DNA of 64,000 bases from positions 73,286,001-73,350,000 of the forward strand of contig NW_024704743.1 of NCBI RefSeq assembly GCF_018977255.1. The letters run 5' to 3'. The stretch comes from Callorhinchus milii (Eukaryota). The first letter of the stretch is position 1. Every line of letters starts with the position of its first letter. This document shows, one piece after another, positions 37,219 through 50,849 of this stretch. Both the position numbers and the translations under genes were made by a program. Under the pieces are notes generated by a model, which saw nothing but the letters and a program-made list of their open reading frames with translations, made no database searches and was not told the DNA's origin.

Positions 37219-37465
37219 CAGAATATACTGTAAAGTGAATTGACTGCAAATTTGTGGGCAAAACGTGGCAGCCAATTGCGCACAGCAGTGTCCCACAAAC
37301 AGTCGTGGATTGAAGTGACCAATGTTTATTATTGTTGTTTTTTTCTTGAGGAACTATTATTAGGCGTGCGGAGTAAGGAAACTTGCCCAAGGTTTCGCCC
37401 TGCTGGGAATCGAACCCAGGTCTCTCGCTTGCAAGGCGAGTGCTCTAACCACTGAGCTACAGGAC
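37219..37465 (-). mobile_element. SINE subfamily A-like, tail missing
   Basis: Complete tRNA head and Deu core; the L2-type tail is absent. Confidence 0.87.
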
Positions 37466-37734
37466 GCATAGTGGAGGGACTGTCTTTTGTGGGGGAATCC
37501 AGCAGCCAATTTATACACAGCAGCATTCTCATCTGATAAAATTGTTAAAAAGGAAAAGATTTCTCTTAGTTTGTGTTTGACAACAGATAAACTGAACGTG
37601 ACAATAACATTTTGCTAAATTAAAATGAAAGACTGTTATAAACTTATGAAACAGTAGCTTGAACATGGCTCAAGAGCATTTATCCATACTTTCATTGTAT
37701 TGTGTCCATTTGAAATGCACATTTTTCAACATAG

Positions 37735-37950
37735 TATCATAGAACCATTAGAAGCCACAGAAGAAGGCCATTTGGCCCATTGGTGTCTGTGCTGGCCTTT
37801 TTAACATCAACCCTTTTAGTCCCATACCCATGTAGGTTACTCCATTTTAGGAATTATCTAGTTCCCTTTTGAAAGCTAATATGGGTTTTGTCTCAATCAC
37901 CACTCCCAACAGGGCATTGCGTATCCTAACCTCTCTGTGCATTAAAAAAA
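37735..37950 (-). mobile_element. Degraded CR1 3' end
   Basis: Minus frame VRIRNALLGVVIETKPILAFKRELD; TCATAGAA tail on + strand. Confidence 0.72.
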
Positions 37951-37987
37951 TACATGTAAAGGTAACAACAGATACCGGCACATGAAG

Positions 37988-38138
37988 CTGGCCTTCACAT
38001 CCCATCATTGGTGGGCGGGCCTTCAGCCAACTCCATCCCACAGTCCCTCCAACTCGGGTGCGGATCTCTGAAAGTCCAGCGCCTTGGGACGTCCTCCTGA
38101 CGTGAAAGGTGCTATGCAAGTGTAATTTGTTGTTGTTG
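37988..38138 (+). mobile_element. L2 3' fragment
   Basis: GGTGGGCGGGCCTTCAGCC...GCGCCTTGGGACGTCCTCCTGACGTGAAAGG...(TTG)n. Confidence 0.8.
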
Positions 38139-41100
38139 TAAGATATGAAAGTCCAGGATGAAGTATTTGGAATTGAATGTATGCTTACCAGAACTTCTAG
38201 ATGATGGGCCAAGTTGTTATTCCTCAAGAAGGAAAGTTTGGGCCACTTTCAGATCTGTCCAAGTAAGTTAAAATTTTCTTTGGCACATCTGGGTCATGCA
38301 CAGTAGTGCAGCTTGCTTTTTTATTGAACTCAGTATTTTTTCGGGCCATTAATCATAAGTTGATACACTTCCTATAGTCGGCATGCTGCTTTACATGTAT
38401 ACTGCTTTGAAAATGCGCCTTGAGGCCTAAAATGCATCTCTCGGGATACTTATCTATGTCACGTCAATTCATGAGACCTCATTGTGCAATGATCTTCCAT
38501 CAGAAACAACATCTTGCAGGTTGGTGTAACGTACTTGGAGTTTCTTGGAGAGTGGATGCACTTTATGTCTCAAAGAGGTTTTTCTAGTGCAAGATGCCAT
38601 TTGCACTGCCATTTTCCCCAGTGGGAACAAACACACAATTAAAACCAAAGGATTGAGGTAAATAAACTAATGGCTGATGTTCAACTCCTCTCCACAGGCA
38701 AAGTGTAAGCATGCTGAGGTTGAGACTGATTTGAGGTAGGGAGAATTCCATTTGTTATCAACATTACTACTCGCATTAAGGTTAGGATTAATTACCCATG
38801 GGGTGTATACAATACAAGAATACAAAATTACGCTTTTATAGCACTTTTCATGTCGGGAGGATGTCCAAAGGCGCTGGAATATATAATATTTCTTTAGAAT
38901 AGAAAACCCAAGTTAAAGTCTTTATCAGTTTTTGAGCATCATTCCAAGTAGTTTTCTCTCATTGGATGCCAGATTTATATAAAAAAAGCATGACCAGAAC
39001 TAATTGGATTAGTTAATATTGTAGATAATTGGACAACACATTAAATACAAACTGACTGCCCCATTCCAACAGGTTTTGTCACCATTTAGCACTCCAGGCC
39101 AACCCTTCACTCTCTTTCTGAAAAATGGTCACTCTCTTTCAAAACATTTCTGCCTCCCCCTCTTTCTATGACTGTTATTTCTTTCTCTCTCACACTGCCT
39201 TTCATTAACTCTTTCTAGGCTAAACCTCTCTTTCTCTCTGAATTTCTCCAACTTTCTATCTCTTTCTGTCTATTCCTGACACTAACCCTACACTGTACAA
39301 AAGTATAAACACCATTTCTCCATGTAGTTACTGGGTTAGTAGTGTACCAGAAATCAGAAACGGAATTATTTGGCCATTTTTCACAGCCTCACACCCACTT
39401 TGCATCAAAGCCCGAAATGGATAATTGGCTTGAAGATAACTGATGTTCTACTGTATGTCCACTAGTGTAAAGTATCAATGCAACACAAAACTGAACCTAC
39501 ATCACCAAACATTTGACAATCTGCCCATTTCATTCTGCAGTGACATTCTGCCGCAGAAAGCCTACTTTCATTTTGACATATGTGTCTGCGCTTTGATTTC
39601 TACAACTTACCCTGTCAACTATTTTTGTGTAAGTGTGTTTATTTTATTAATGTCAATTTTTATTCCTCCCTTCTCATTTACAATCGTTACTCCTCTGTAA
39701 CTTCACACAGCTAGAAGGGTATTTGAGTGGTTCACAGAATGCACAAGTGCCAACAATTGCTGCTCCTTCCATCACCAAAAGGAGATGCACCTGTTTCTAG
39801 AGCAACTTGGAAGCAGATGGTTTTCCGCCCAGACCGGAGAGGCTATAATTCCAAAACGCATTTTGCCTCTCGTGTAGTAAGGCTATACTGAATAGCTTAA
39901 GTTCATATCTTACAACTACTGTTTTACCTCATATTGAATCCAAATTTCAGAAAGCCACATTTTATTTTCAAATAAACGTAAAACAATTTTTTGTAAAAGA
40001 AAAATGTAAAAAGGTTTGGATAAGGGATAAGGGAGTAGAACTAAATGGGTAGAGAAGGGAACAATGAAGGGAAGAGCATTGGAGTTTTGGTTTCAGACGA
40101 GGATGTCTGTTTGGTAGAAGAAACTGAAAGCTGATGTTAAAGTCATTTCAGTTATGGACTGGGAAGTTTGAAACAACTTTCCAGAGAGTTTGAAAGAGAC
40201 AGGAACAGAAAAAGAAACAAAGTGCTGTGTTCAGGTTAGTTGTGCAGATTTTAGTTTTTTTTTGTAAGTGGTGGAAACAATGGTGATGACGCGGGATTAA
40301 AGAAGCTTTAATGTATGGTACAGAATCAATGACTGAATCTAGTTTTTGGTTGAAGAGCAAGTGGTCCTTAAATTATGACCACCCTCCAATACCCCAGCTC
40401 AACTACTACTAACTGATGTGCTATTCACTCCATCTCAGCTTGAGGCTTCAACTAAACTATTCTATTTAATTTGTGGTTATCCTGACAATGGGACCCAACA
40501 CTGGGCTGAACATGCAGCTCAAATATTTAGATCCTTGACCAAGGAAATAGAAACAATGGTACCAGTGCTGAGGATGCAGACTTTAGCTACACCAAATGCA
40601 AGGATGATTATTATTAATATATTAAGGTACAGTAAACTAGCCAGCCAGTTACTTGCATGCGCAGTGGATGGAGTCCACACCCAATTTTCACTGTAAACAA
40701 TCTAGCACTACAATGAAGCACATTATAACGCATTATAACATGGCTACATAGCATTCTCAAAATAATAATAATAAATAATCCTTGCATTTGATGTAGCACC
40801 TTTTACGGCAGCTGAACATCTCAAAATGTTTCATAGAATATTCTGTAAAGTGGAATGACTGTGTAGTTTAATGTCCAATCCTACCACTGTGAGACACTAT
40901 CCTGCATGAAGGATGCTATATAAATACAGGTTGTTGAAGTAGCTGTAGGTAAATGAAAAGAAAGGAAGTGTCCTGGCCAACAGTTCTCCAAATAAATTAG
41001 TCATTCGCCTCATGGCTGTTGGGGGACCTTGATGCATGCAAAATAACTGATGTATTTACTTGAGAGTAATTACTTTAAAGCATTTTGAGATATTTCAGTA

Positions 41101-42687
41101 GGATAAAGTGCTATAAAAGTGCAGATACTTTCCAGTGCTTCATCCTGCTGACAGAAGTGTTTACTTACAATTGATAAACTACAAGTAGCCTTTTAACTCA
41201 AAGAGAAGCTTATACCTGGCTGCCAAGAATAATCTACGGATAATAGAAATATCACATTCACTTGGTACTTTTTGTAGAATTATTGCATATTGAATAACTT
41301 TAAAGTTGCATTTGGGACAGTTTATTATTTGTAGCAGAAAATAGTTTTCACATATTTCGCAAGAGTGTTCAATACAGAATAATGTTATCCTTTTAGTGCA
41401 GTTAATCTATCAGATCTCTGATCAACGTCCCAAAGCAGAAAATGTATTGGAGGGAGGAAAATGTTACAATATGTGCAGCTTATACCATTCCCCTGTCACA
41501 GGCAATGAAATAAAACCCAGCATTACTCTGCAGGTCATGTTATATGGCACAATGGCACTTTAGTTCAAATCATGTGCAGAGAATGAAAAGTTGTTCATTA
41601 GTGGAGCTGGAGGAGGGAGAGGATTTGACTGTCACTGATCAATTATCGAAGACTTCCAGTCAATGTGAAAATGCTGTCAATAAGGCTAATAAAATGCTAG
41701 ATTGTATCTTGATGATATTTATCTATAAACCAAAGGATGTAATTGTAAGCTTACATAGATCACTGTTGAGGACACATTTGGAATCATACTTGCTTAATAT
41801 GTGTGTGAATATAACTTTGGAAGACCTGGAGAGTTGTGTGCAAGACACTTTGATTTATAAATATTTCATGGGACAATTTCTGTACTCCTGGGGTCATAGG
41901 AAACTGTTACTGATATCTAATCTTTCTCCACCATGTACATTATGGTTTTACTGAGCAAATGTACCATGCATTTAATGATAGTCCTTGCATTTGATATAAT
42001 GCCTGTAATATTGAAATGTCTCAAAACCCTTCATATGAAATTACTGTCAATCGTTGTGACTGTGCATTCATAGGCAAACAATTACATGAATAAACAAAGA
42101 ATAAATGATGGAATGTGTGACCTTCTGGTCTGTATGGTTTAGTGGGAACTGCCTTACCAACCAATTTCAGCTAAGCAAACAGGATTTTTAAGGTGATGGA
42201 TAACATTTTCTGGAGAGATGCGAAAACTGCTTCACTATAGTGGCTGCAGTTTGTGCAGTATTCCAGCCCTAAGTGAAATTGATGCATTAGGGTTAGAAAC
42301 CACTTGTGTACAATGCCACATTAAGGTACCTCCAGGAGTACTGTTGTCAAACTCAGTGCACCAATTTGTATATCCTGGGGAAGAAGCAGAACTGTAAAGC
42401 CAAGAAAGAGGTAAGAATGGTATGAAACCTCTGCCTTCAACAATTGTGGTATCTGTGAATTACTTGTTTCCACAGGTACCTATCAAGTATGGACTATTTC
42501 TGCTCTTGAGCTTTTGATAATGTTTCCTGGCCACTAGAATACAGTTCTGTTCAGCATTTTCAGTTCTTAAATCTATCCAGACATCTTGCTCAGTTTTATT
42601 CAAGTCCATTGTCTGCCATTTCTATCATTTGGTATTTTCACTAAATAGTCAGAATATTCACAGAAATGGATATATGGAGGTATATCT

Positions 42688-42958
42688 CAAGTGAGAGACC
42701 TGGGTTTGATTCCCAGCCGGGTGAAACCTTGAGCAAATTTCCTTACTCCACACGCCTAATTACAATCCCTCAAGAAAAACAATAATAAATTGGTCACTTC
42801 AATCCATGACTGTTTGTGGGACACTGCTGTGCGCAATTGGCTGCTGCGTTTCACCCACAAATATACAGTCAATTCACTTTACAGTATATTCTGTGAAGTG
42901 CTTTGAGACGTCTAGAAGACGTGAAAAGTGCTACATCAAATGCAAAGATTATTATTAT
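42688..42958 (+). mobile_element. SINE subfamily A, 5'-truncated
   Basis: Begins in the anticodon arm; core and (TAT)n tail intact. Confidence 0.9.
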
Positions 42959-43285
42959 AAGGATGGGCTGTGACACTTAATTTTTTTGTGCTGCAACCAT
43001 ATGTTTTATAAAATTGTTATACTCAAAGTTTCACATTCAGTTTTATTCTGATAATAGAGCTGACTCCACAAACAAAAGAAAACAGTTTATTTCCACTGAC
43101 TGTCCCAACAGCTTAGATTTATCAGTAAGTCCAGCATTAGCAAAGTAGAATCCAAGATGTTTTATTGAAATACTTACAGAAACAAAACCTCTCAGAGACC
43201 CCAGTGTGTTATTGAACAAGGTATGTTATTAGGTCTAAGATATTGTGAAATGTGGGACTGAGCGGGTGAATACAGAATAGAGGAG

Positions 43286-43503
43286 GGGTGATTCTCTGAA
43301 GGCTGGTAAATTTACAGACCTTACCGGGAAAAAACATCTTATTCTCCACTGGTTCATACATTTATGACCTTTCCATTGAGTTTATAACGCAAAAATTCCC
43401 ATTATAAGCTCACACCTTTAAGGTCTGTAAATTTACAGACCAGTGCCAAATAAGATGTTCTCCGGAAAGGTCTGTAAATCTACCAGCCTTCGGAAAACCA
43501 CCC
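43286..43503. mobile_element. Palindromic MITE with long imperfect terminal inverted repeats
   Basis: GGGTGATTCTCTGAAGGCTGGTAAATTTACAGACCTT pairs with AAGGTCTGTAAATCTACCAGCCTTCGGAAAACCACCC; perfect 20-bp palindrome at 43422-43441. Confidence 0.8.
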
Positions 43504-43609
43504 AACACTGGTGGCATCCAGCTACTTCCATTTCTGGTATTCCAGAAGCTAAGACATTATATAACTTTACAGCATTATACATTGCAAACTTTTCACTGTG
43601 ATATTGAGA

Positions 43610-44028
43610 TTTTTTTTGGTCAGCTGTGTGTCTGACACATACGGAAACCTATCACCATGCTTAAGAATATGGAAACCTAATTGAGAGCTCCATGCATCCC
43701 ACTTAAACATGGAAATTCCAAAAATATTTATTGGAATGGAATGCGCACTCTCTCTTTGAGATGCATCCTGCTTACCCAATTCCGGAAAAGTATTAGGTGC
43801 AGGTTGGCAAGAGCCAAGGCTTGGGGGTCCCAGAGTATGTGTTGGGTACTGCTGGAGTCTAACCAACTAAAACCACAACTTGACATTGAAAGCTTGTCCA
43901 GTTAGAACCACCCTACCCATTAGGGTTTTTGCTTACTGGGTTAACAGTAGCTAAATGGGAATAGTCCCTAACCTAAGTGACTGATTTGCCTTTCCAAATC
44001 TAGTAGATGAGCCTGATGTTTGGGTTGC
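43610..44028 (-). mobile_element. Family X repeat, long copy
   Basis: TTTTTTTTGGTCAGCTGTGTGTCTGAC at the left end; aligns with the 48.9-49.3 kb copy over about 400 bp. Confidence 0.8.
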
Positions 44029-44876
44029 CATAATCAGTGCCCTAGAATACTGCAGACTCGTCTGACTCAGGAACTGGATTACCGAGATTGCCTGACATTA
44101 CAATGCCAAACATATAACTTTGGAGCCACTTCAGCTGCTTCTCTTCCCCCCCCCTTTCCGGAGCATCTTCTTTATCTCCATGTTATAAATATTTATACTC
44201 AGAGAAACTAAGAGGTCCGGTCATGCCACTTATTCATGGAAATTCCTATGTTTGCACACTCTCTCCCTGGAGTAAGATAGTCCTGCTTCATGCCCCCTGC
44301 CCCACATTGGTGGGCGGGCTTTCAGCTATTGTGCCTCCCCCCCCCCCCCTCTGTAACTACATCCTGGATTTCCGCTGACTTGTTCCTTCCCCCCTCTCAA
44401 AATGTATCTCTGACCATACTCTCCTCTCTAAATGCAAATTTGTATTGTATTGCAAATACTCGCTTACTCCTACAAACTTTCTCCTAAACTCATTGAACCA
44501 CAAAAAAAAATTACAGCACAGAAAAAGGTCTTGCACTGACAAAGGATCTCTCTCCAGTTTGACCTTGTCATCTTTGCTCCACTGTAAAGATATCACAAAG
44601 TTCAATGAACCCAAGCAAGAGCTAAAGGAATTAGAGTCGGGGGAGGAAGAGGGTAAGAAATAATTGCTTCATACATATCCATCTGCCTTCACATGCAAGT
44701 GAAAAACAAGACAATAAGATGGTAGAATCACAATATTTCACAAGTTTGTTTCTGATGAAAAAGGCCCTTCGGCCAATTTGATTTCATCCTTCGATAGTAT
44801 CCACGCTACCATCTTCCCATCACGGTATTCAGTTGTTTATTTAAGTTGAGTTTTGTAGGTGAACGTCCAACAAACA

Positions 44877-45257
44877 TTCTCCGACCTACTATCCCCCTAC
44901 CTACCTGCCCGTACCCTCCGTTCCTCTGGCTCCGGTCTGCTCCACATCCCCCGCTCCAACCGCCCTACCATCGGTGGTCGGGCCTTCAGCCTCTCAGCCC
45001 CTAGGCTCTGGAACTCTATCCCCCAGTGCCTTCGCCGCCTCCTCCCTTTCCTCCTTCAAGGCCGGTCTCAAGATCTTTCTCTTTGACCATGCCTTCACCT
45101 CCCCTCTCGACTCTCTACCCCCTCCTCGCTCCCTCCCTTCCCTCCCCTCACCCTGACCATTTCCCCCCTGCCCGGATCCTGACCCAACTGTCCAGCGCCT
45201 TGGGACGTCCTCCCGACGTGAAAGGCGCTCTATAAATGGAATCTTGTTGTTGTTGTT
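44877..45257 (+). mobile_element. Young L2 3' fragment
   Basis: SDLLSPYLPARTLRSSGSGLLHIPR...GGRAFS.SAPRLWNS.P; stem-loop and (TTG)n tail. Confidence 0.92.
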
Positions 45258-45692
45258 AGGGTGAGTGACCAATTTTATTTTGGGGATAAATAAAACGCAA
45301 AATACTGCAGATGCTGGAAATCTGAAACAAAAACAAAAGTTGCTGGGAACACTCAGCACGTCAGGCCCGCTCTGACAAAGGGTCATGGACAAGAAACATT
45401 GATTCACTTTCCTTTCTCGATAGATGTTGCTTGACCTGCTGAGTGTTCCCAGCAACTTCTGTTTTTGTTTTATTTTGGGGATTGTTGGCCAGAACATTGG
45501 GAGAGACACCAATCTCTTTGTGAATCGTGATACATGAACTTTAATGTCCACCTTAACCAGTAGACCCCACCTCCAACAATGCAACACACCTCGAGCACTG
45601 TAATGGAGTATCAACACAATCGGTACAAGCTCAAATTCCCCATTCGGGGGCTTGAACCGACTTATCACCCAGAAACAGGAATACTACCAATT
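45258..45692 (-). mobile_element. Old SacSINE1-like SINE interrupted by a Penelope-like element
   Basis: GTGACCAATTTTATTTTGGGGAT|TGTTGGCCAG...CTCCAACAATGCAACAC matches other old copies. Confidence 0.7.
45288..45467 (+). mobile_element. Inverted-repeat Penelope-like element with hammerhead-like core
   Basis: CTGACAAAGGGTCATGGACAAGAAAC at 45372-45397; inverted arms; 15-bp TSD TTTTATTTTGGGGAT (45273-45287, 45468-45482). Confidence 0.8.
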
Positions 45693-46747
45693 TGAAACAC
45701 AAGTTGGCTTTCATATTTGAGACATTTCGACACATAAGACACTATAAAAATGCAAGTGGTTCTTTCTAGCTCAGTGGTCAGGGAGACTTAAAAGCATGAA
45801 GTGAAAATAGGTTGAAACCAAAATGGAAAGTTTTGTATTCTCACCAAATCAAATTTTTTTTTCTTAGTGGTGTTGAAGATCTTTCTCATGAGTCATGCAA
45901 ACAGAATACTGTGCTAAAAACAAATATTCTGTTTATGAGAAGTACCTTAATACCCATTTGCAACTTTACCACTGCTGATCATAAAGATCTTTGGCACTGA
46001 TTCAATAAAATGTGTCCTCTATTGATATGATGAAAGTTGATAAACTGATTAGATAAATAAAACTACATTATTGTCCTTGCGATGGTTGAAATAACTAAAA
46101 TGTAGAAAGCAGTTATCATTAATTTTGTGCAGCATGCAGTTAAACATGAATATACATGATTATATTTGAAGTAGGCAATAAACATGAATAAACATTGGTT
46201 AATTTAAATGCATCAAATTACTTATCAGATCTGATCCCACTGGATTAATTTAAGTCAGATTTTGTATAGTTAAGCACGTCATTATGAAGTTTTCAGTGTG
46301 TGTACGTTTAATAAGTTTTTCTTTATTGTAGCTGTCTCAAGTCAACTGCTGAATAAATTGACTGGAAGCAAAGTTCATAGGTGAGGTTAGAAGGAATTTC
46401 TTCATTCAGAGAGTTGTAAGGGTGTTCGAATTCATTACTAATTCATTAGTATTCCAGCCTGACTCGGTTCGTAACACATTTGCTTCTGAATCAGAAGGTT
46501 GTTGGTTCAAGTCCCACATCGGGTCTTTGAATTCATAATCTTGGCTGACTGTTCAATACAGTGCTGGGGGTGTGCTACAATTTGGGAGTTGCATAGTGCT
46601 GTGTTCAGATCATACCTGGAGTCCTGCATATAGTTCTGGTCACCACGACATAAGGAGGTTGTCCAGATCGTGGAGGCAGTGCAGAGAATGATCTCCAATG
46701 TTCATGAAAGAAGAATGAGCTATAATAATAATAATAACACGGTAATA

Positions 46748-47165
46748 CGAGCTAACTTTCTCCAGTTAAATGTCAATAAGGCAGAGGCCCTCCTGATTGG
46801 CTCCTGGTGCTGACAGCATCAATCAACAAGCATGCATACTCCACTTCAAGGAGCCAGTGCACAACCTTGGTACCTTGTTCAACTCTCAACTGTACTTAAA
46901 TCCCACATCCAACAGGTCTCTGATCCATTCAACTTTACCCCACCTCCGCCACTACCCTGTGGTCACCAAGACCCCTATCCATGTTTTCATCATGTCCAGG
47001 CTAGACTGCATCAGTGCTCTGCTTGCTGGACTTCCCAACTCTTGCCTCCACAAGCCGCAGAACATGTCCTCTCCCACAATAGGCTCTGTGAGCCTATTAT
47101 CCCCATCCTTATTCAGCTTCACTAGTTCCCCAAACCCCAGAGAAAAGATCCTTGACCTCACTTTT
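46748..47165 (+). mobile_element. Degraded L2 ORF2 fragment
   Basis: VHNLGTLFNSQL...FIMSRLDCISALLAGLP. Confidence 0.8.
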
Positions 47166-47871
47166 ATACCTTTCATTTGTATTGTGGCAGTAGAACAAGA
47201 AGGTGTAGATTAAAATTGTAATGGGCAATTTCAGGACAGATAGCAGGAAGGTTTTCTTTACTCAGAGGGTAATCAGCAACATGAACAGGTTACCAGGAAA
47301 GGTGGTTGAGACCAGGGCACTGGACTCATTTAAAAAGCACCTTAATGCAGTGATGGGTGGACAGTAGGGTGAGTGTTCTGGAGGGTTGAGATTGGGTGGT
47401 CTGAAGGGCCTTCATCCAGACCAAATCTTGTAATCTGAAATAGTGCTTTTCAATTCGGAAGGACATCTCAAAGCGAAGTGACTGTATTTTGTCGGCAAGT
47501 GCACCATCCACTGTGACCCTTTGAAAGGTGTTATTTGTCAGCAAATATATGTGTGAACTGGTATTCTCGCTTATGAAGCAGATAAAATCTAAGCGATATA
47601 GGCTGTTGATTCATGGAAAAGTATTGGAGGTTTGCTTTTTGTGGTAGAGAGTGGAGTGATGTATTGCAGTCGATAAAGTATTGGTCCACAAAATGATTCA
47701 CGACGACTTAAGAGTCACTATCTGGGAATTATGGCAATATCCTGCAGGATATTATGCTGATTCACAGGATCACCACTGTAAAGAGTTGGATGTAGATTGT
47801 GATGTGATCAGTGATATACTGCCAGTAATCAGCAGCATTCCCTGGGTCCCTTTTAGTAAATCTGTTAGTAT

Positions 47872-48285
47872 CCCTGGCGCTGTGGTAGCACTCTCACCTC
47901 TGAGTCAGAAGGTTGTAGCATCAAGCCCCATGTTGGCACTTGGGATGCACATTTTCACTATCGTCACACTCCATTGCCGTGCTGGAGGTGTTTTGCATTG
48001 TTGGAGGTACTGTCCTTTGGATGAGCTTCTAAATCAAGATCCTGTCTGCGTGTTCAGGTGGATGTTAAAGTACCTATGGCACTATTCGAAAAGAGAAGGG
48101 TGTTTCTCCTGGTGTCCTGGCCAATAATCCGCCAAATAAAATTATTCATTTTTGGTTGTTTGTAAGACATTACTGCGCACAAATTGGCAATACGCAGTTA
48201 CTACACTTTATAGTAAATCCTGTGAAGCACTTTGAGACTTCCTCCTAATATGAAAGATACTATATCAATGTCAGTATTATTATTT
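47872..48285 (+). mobile_element. Old SacSINE1-like SINE
   Basis: GTGGTAGCACTCTCACCTCTGAGTCAGAAGGTTG head, body, Deu core and tail. Confidence 0.82.
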
Positions 48286-48879
48286 CATCCTCACTGTAAA
48301 TAAATACTCATTTGGTCCCTTTGCTGCTTGCCACTATTATACTGCATATCTTACATATAATTATATGGCTAATTTAAAACAATGTTACAGGCAGATATCA
48401 ATGCCCATATGAATGTAGTGCTGAACACCAAGCCTCATAATTGAAGGCATTAAATATAGTATCTTCCTTCAGACTGTAAATAAGAGTTACATTTACTTCC
48501 CTGTGTAACAGTCTTGGTCAGTGTTCTAGGAATGAGTCCTTCTGTAGCTCAAGAGTCAGTCTCATGTTACTTAAAGATGGTTCCTTGACAGAGAATTCTG
48601 ATCGCATCACTCCAGCAGCAGCAGATTGTTCAGATATGGATAAAATTCCACTCACGTTTAGATTTATTTTATTCAAGAAGCCTTTCAGACATCCAGAATT
48701 TATAAAATTCTTAAAAGCAGTCTTTAATTCTGAAGTCAGTTTTCTGCAGGTTATTTTTAGAACCGCAGAAAATGGACTTCAAAGCTAAAGATGAATTCAA
48801 GAATTTGCCGAATTCATTTGGTGGGGAGGTGGGCTTCCTTGGAGCCCGGGGCCACACTGCTCCAGGGCAAAGTTGATGA

Positions 48880-49312
48880 CAGACCAACCAACGTGGCTCA
48901 TCAGCAGAACTTGGAGGGCAGACTGGGCAGAGATTCTTCCCACTCTGACTGTTATCCCTGCAAACTATTAGCCTATGACTATATATATCTAATGGGTAGA
49001 GTGGTCCAAGGTGGACAAGCAACAGGAAGCTCTCATTGGCAAGTTGTGCTATTTTAGCTGATTAAACTTCAGCCTAAACTCCACCTAATGCAGACTCTGA
49101 GGTTCCCCAAACCTTAGCTCTTGCCAACCTGTGCCTGATACTTTCGGAATTAGGTGAGCAGGGTGTAGCCTTTCAGGGAGAGTGTTCACATTCAATTCCA
49201 GACACAGGGAGATTTCTATTTGTAGGTGGCATGCATATACGGAACTCCATCTGGTTTGTATAGTCTTAAATATGGTGATGAGTGACTGTGTATCAAACAC
49301 CCGGCTGAAAAT
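48880..49312 (+). mobile_element. Family X repeat, long degraded copy
   Basis: GGCTCATC...TAATGGGTAGAGTGG...CTTAGCTCTTGCCAACCTG...ACACCCGGCTGAAAA. Confidence 0.75.
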
Positions 49313-50849
49313 CAAATTCTGTTCACTCTTGAAAGCTATGCTAACAAAGTATATCTGGACCCAGGTGGAATTGCTACCCTATAATCTCTATAAAATGAAC
49401 AAGTTAGTTTCTTTCATCAGTTTGTGCAGGGAGGTACTTTTATTTAATTCTAATCAATATGCAGATTTCGTTGATCATTTCTCGCAGAGGTACTTTTATT
49501 TAGTTTCTACAGGTCGAGCAACTTCTAAGTGTTGGCAATAAGCATATCTGTTTGGTAAATTGGAAAACTGAGTTAAACTCTGGCTTGCCCTGTTTCAGGA
49601 ATATCACTTCATACAAGAATACAGCTGTGCTTACTTGATTATTTCACCTGCAACTTCTTTGTGAAATCATCTACATTCCCATTTAATTTGACTCAGAATA
49701 TAAATAGGTTGAACAAAGTAATGCAGCCAGTGATGAGAGACCTATTAAAATTGAAGGCTCTGACAATATGTACTGACATGTTCTATACTTGCTGGTAAGG
49801 CAGTGGTATTTGATTAAATTCAAATCTTGGCAGCTTTTCGAACAGTGTGTGCATTGTTGCAGAAATCTTTTGTTTCAAATAATTTGAACACAGGCCATGC
49901 ATGTCAACTTTAAGCTCCTAATTTCATCATTAGTCCAATAGCTTTAGATTTGTTATAAAATCGGTAGCATGATAGTATGCTCTCAAAATAACTAGAGCAA
50001 CAGTATGATGAAAGTAGATAATTACCTTGCTGCAGCAAATGCCAAAGGCTGCTTTAAGAAATAATAAGATGATACACAAACAGCAATATCTCCAATCTTA
50101 TAGATATGGTTGCAGTTATTATAATTACTATTTCACTTAATTAGCTATACAAAACATACCTATTAACACCCAATCCGCTGAATAAAAATCCACAGATTTA
50201 ACACAAACAAATGAGGCAATTTGTTTATGGTTATTTGTACGACATTGCTGTCTGCAAAAAGCCTGCTACATTCATCCAATAAACACAGTCATTACACTTT
50301 GCAAGAAATCCTGTGAAACACTTTGAGTCGTCCCCACAATGTGAAAGATGCTATAACAATTGTAAGGATTTTTATTGTTACTATTAATAAGGTAACAATG
50401 CTGTCACATATTGGAGTCAAATTTGCATCCATGTGATATCTAGAATGGGCCAGAGCAGATCTTCTTGCCTTCCACATCCCTCCCCTACCAAGCCATTCTC
50501 AATATAATAATCATTTGTATTTTATAAAAATATCTTTCATATAAAATAAAAAACCTTGAAGCGCTTTGCAGAATAAAATTAATTAGAATTGAAAGTGGAA
50601 GTTGCATAGACAAGCCAGTGAGTTAATCTGTGCCACCAATAACCTATAAGCAGCAATGAGACAAGTAGCCAATGATTTTTAAATTAAGGGTAAATTTAGT
50701 TCAGGAGGGAACATAAACTAGGACAACTGGGATAAAATCTCCATCTTTCTTTGAAACAGTGATCGGATGTAGGGGGAAAGCTCCCTTTAATCACAAGGCA
50801 GCCAGGATTTAAATTAATAACCTAATTAAAAGAATGGGATGATATAATC

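Noticed and set aside
44994..45668. 224-aa minus-strand ORF
   Set aside because: Reads through an old SINE, the Penelope-like element and L2 antisense; a mosaic with no coding signal.
48564..49057. Adjacent ORFs of 74 and 88 aa
   Set aside because: No recognisable domain; the second largely overlaps a family X repeat.
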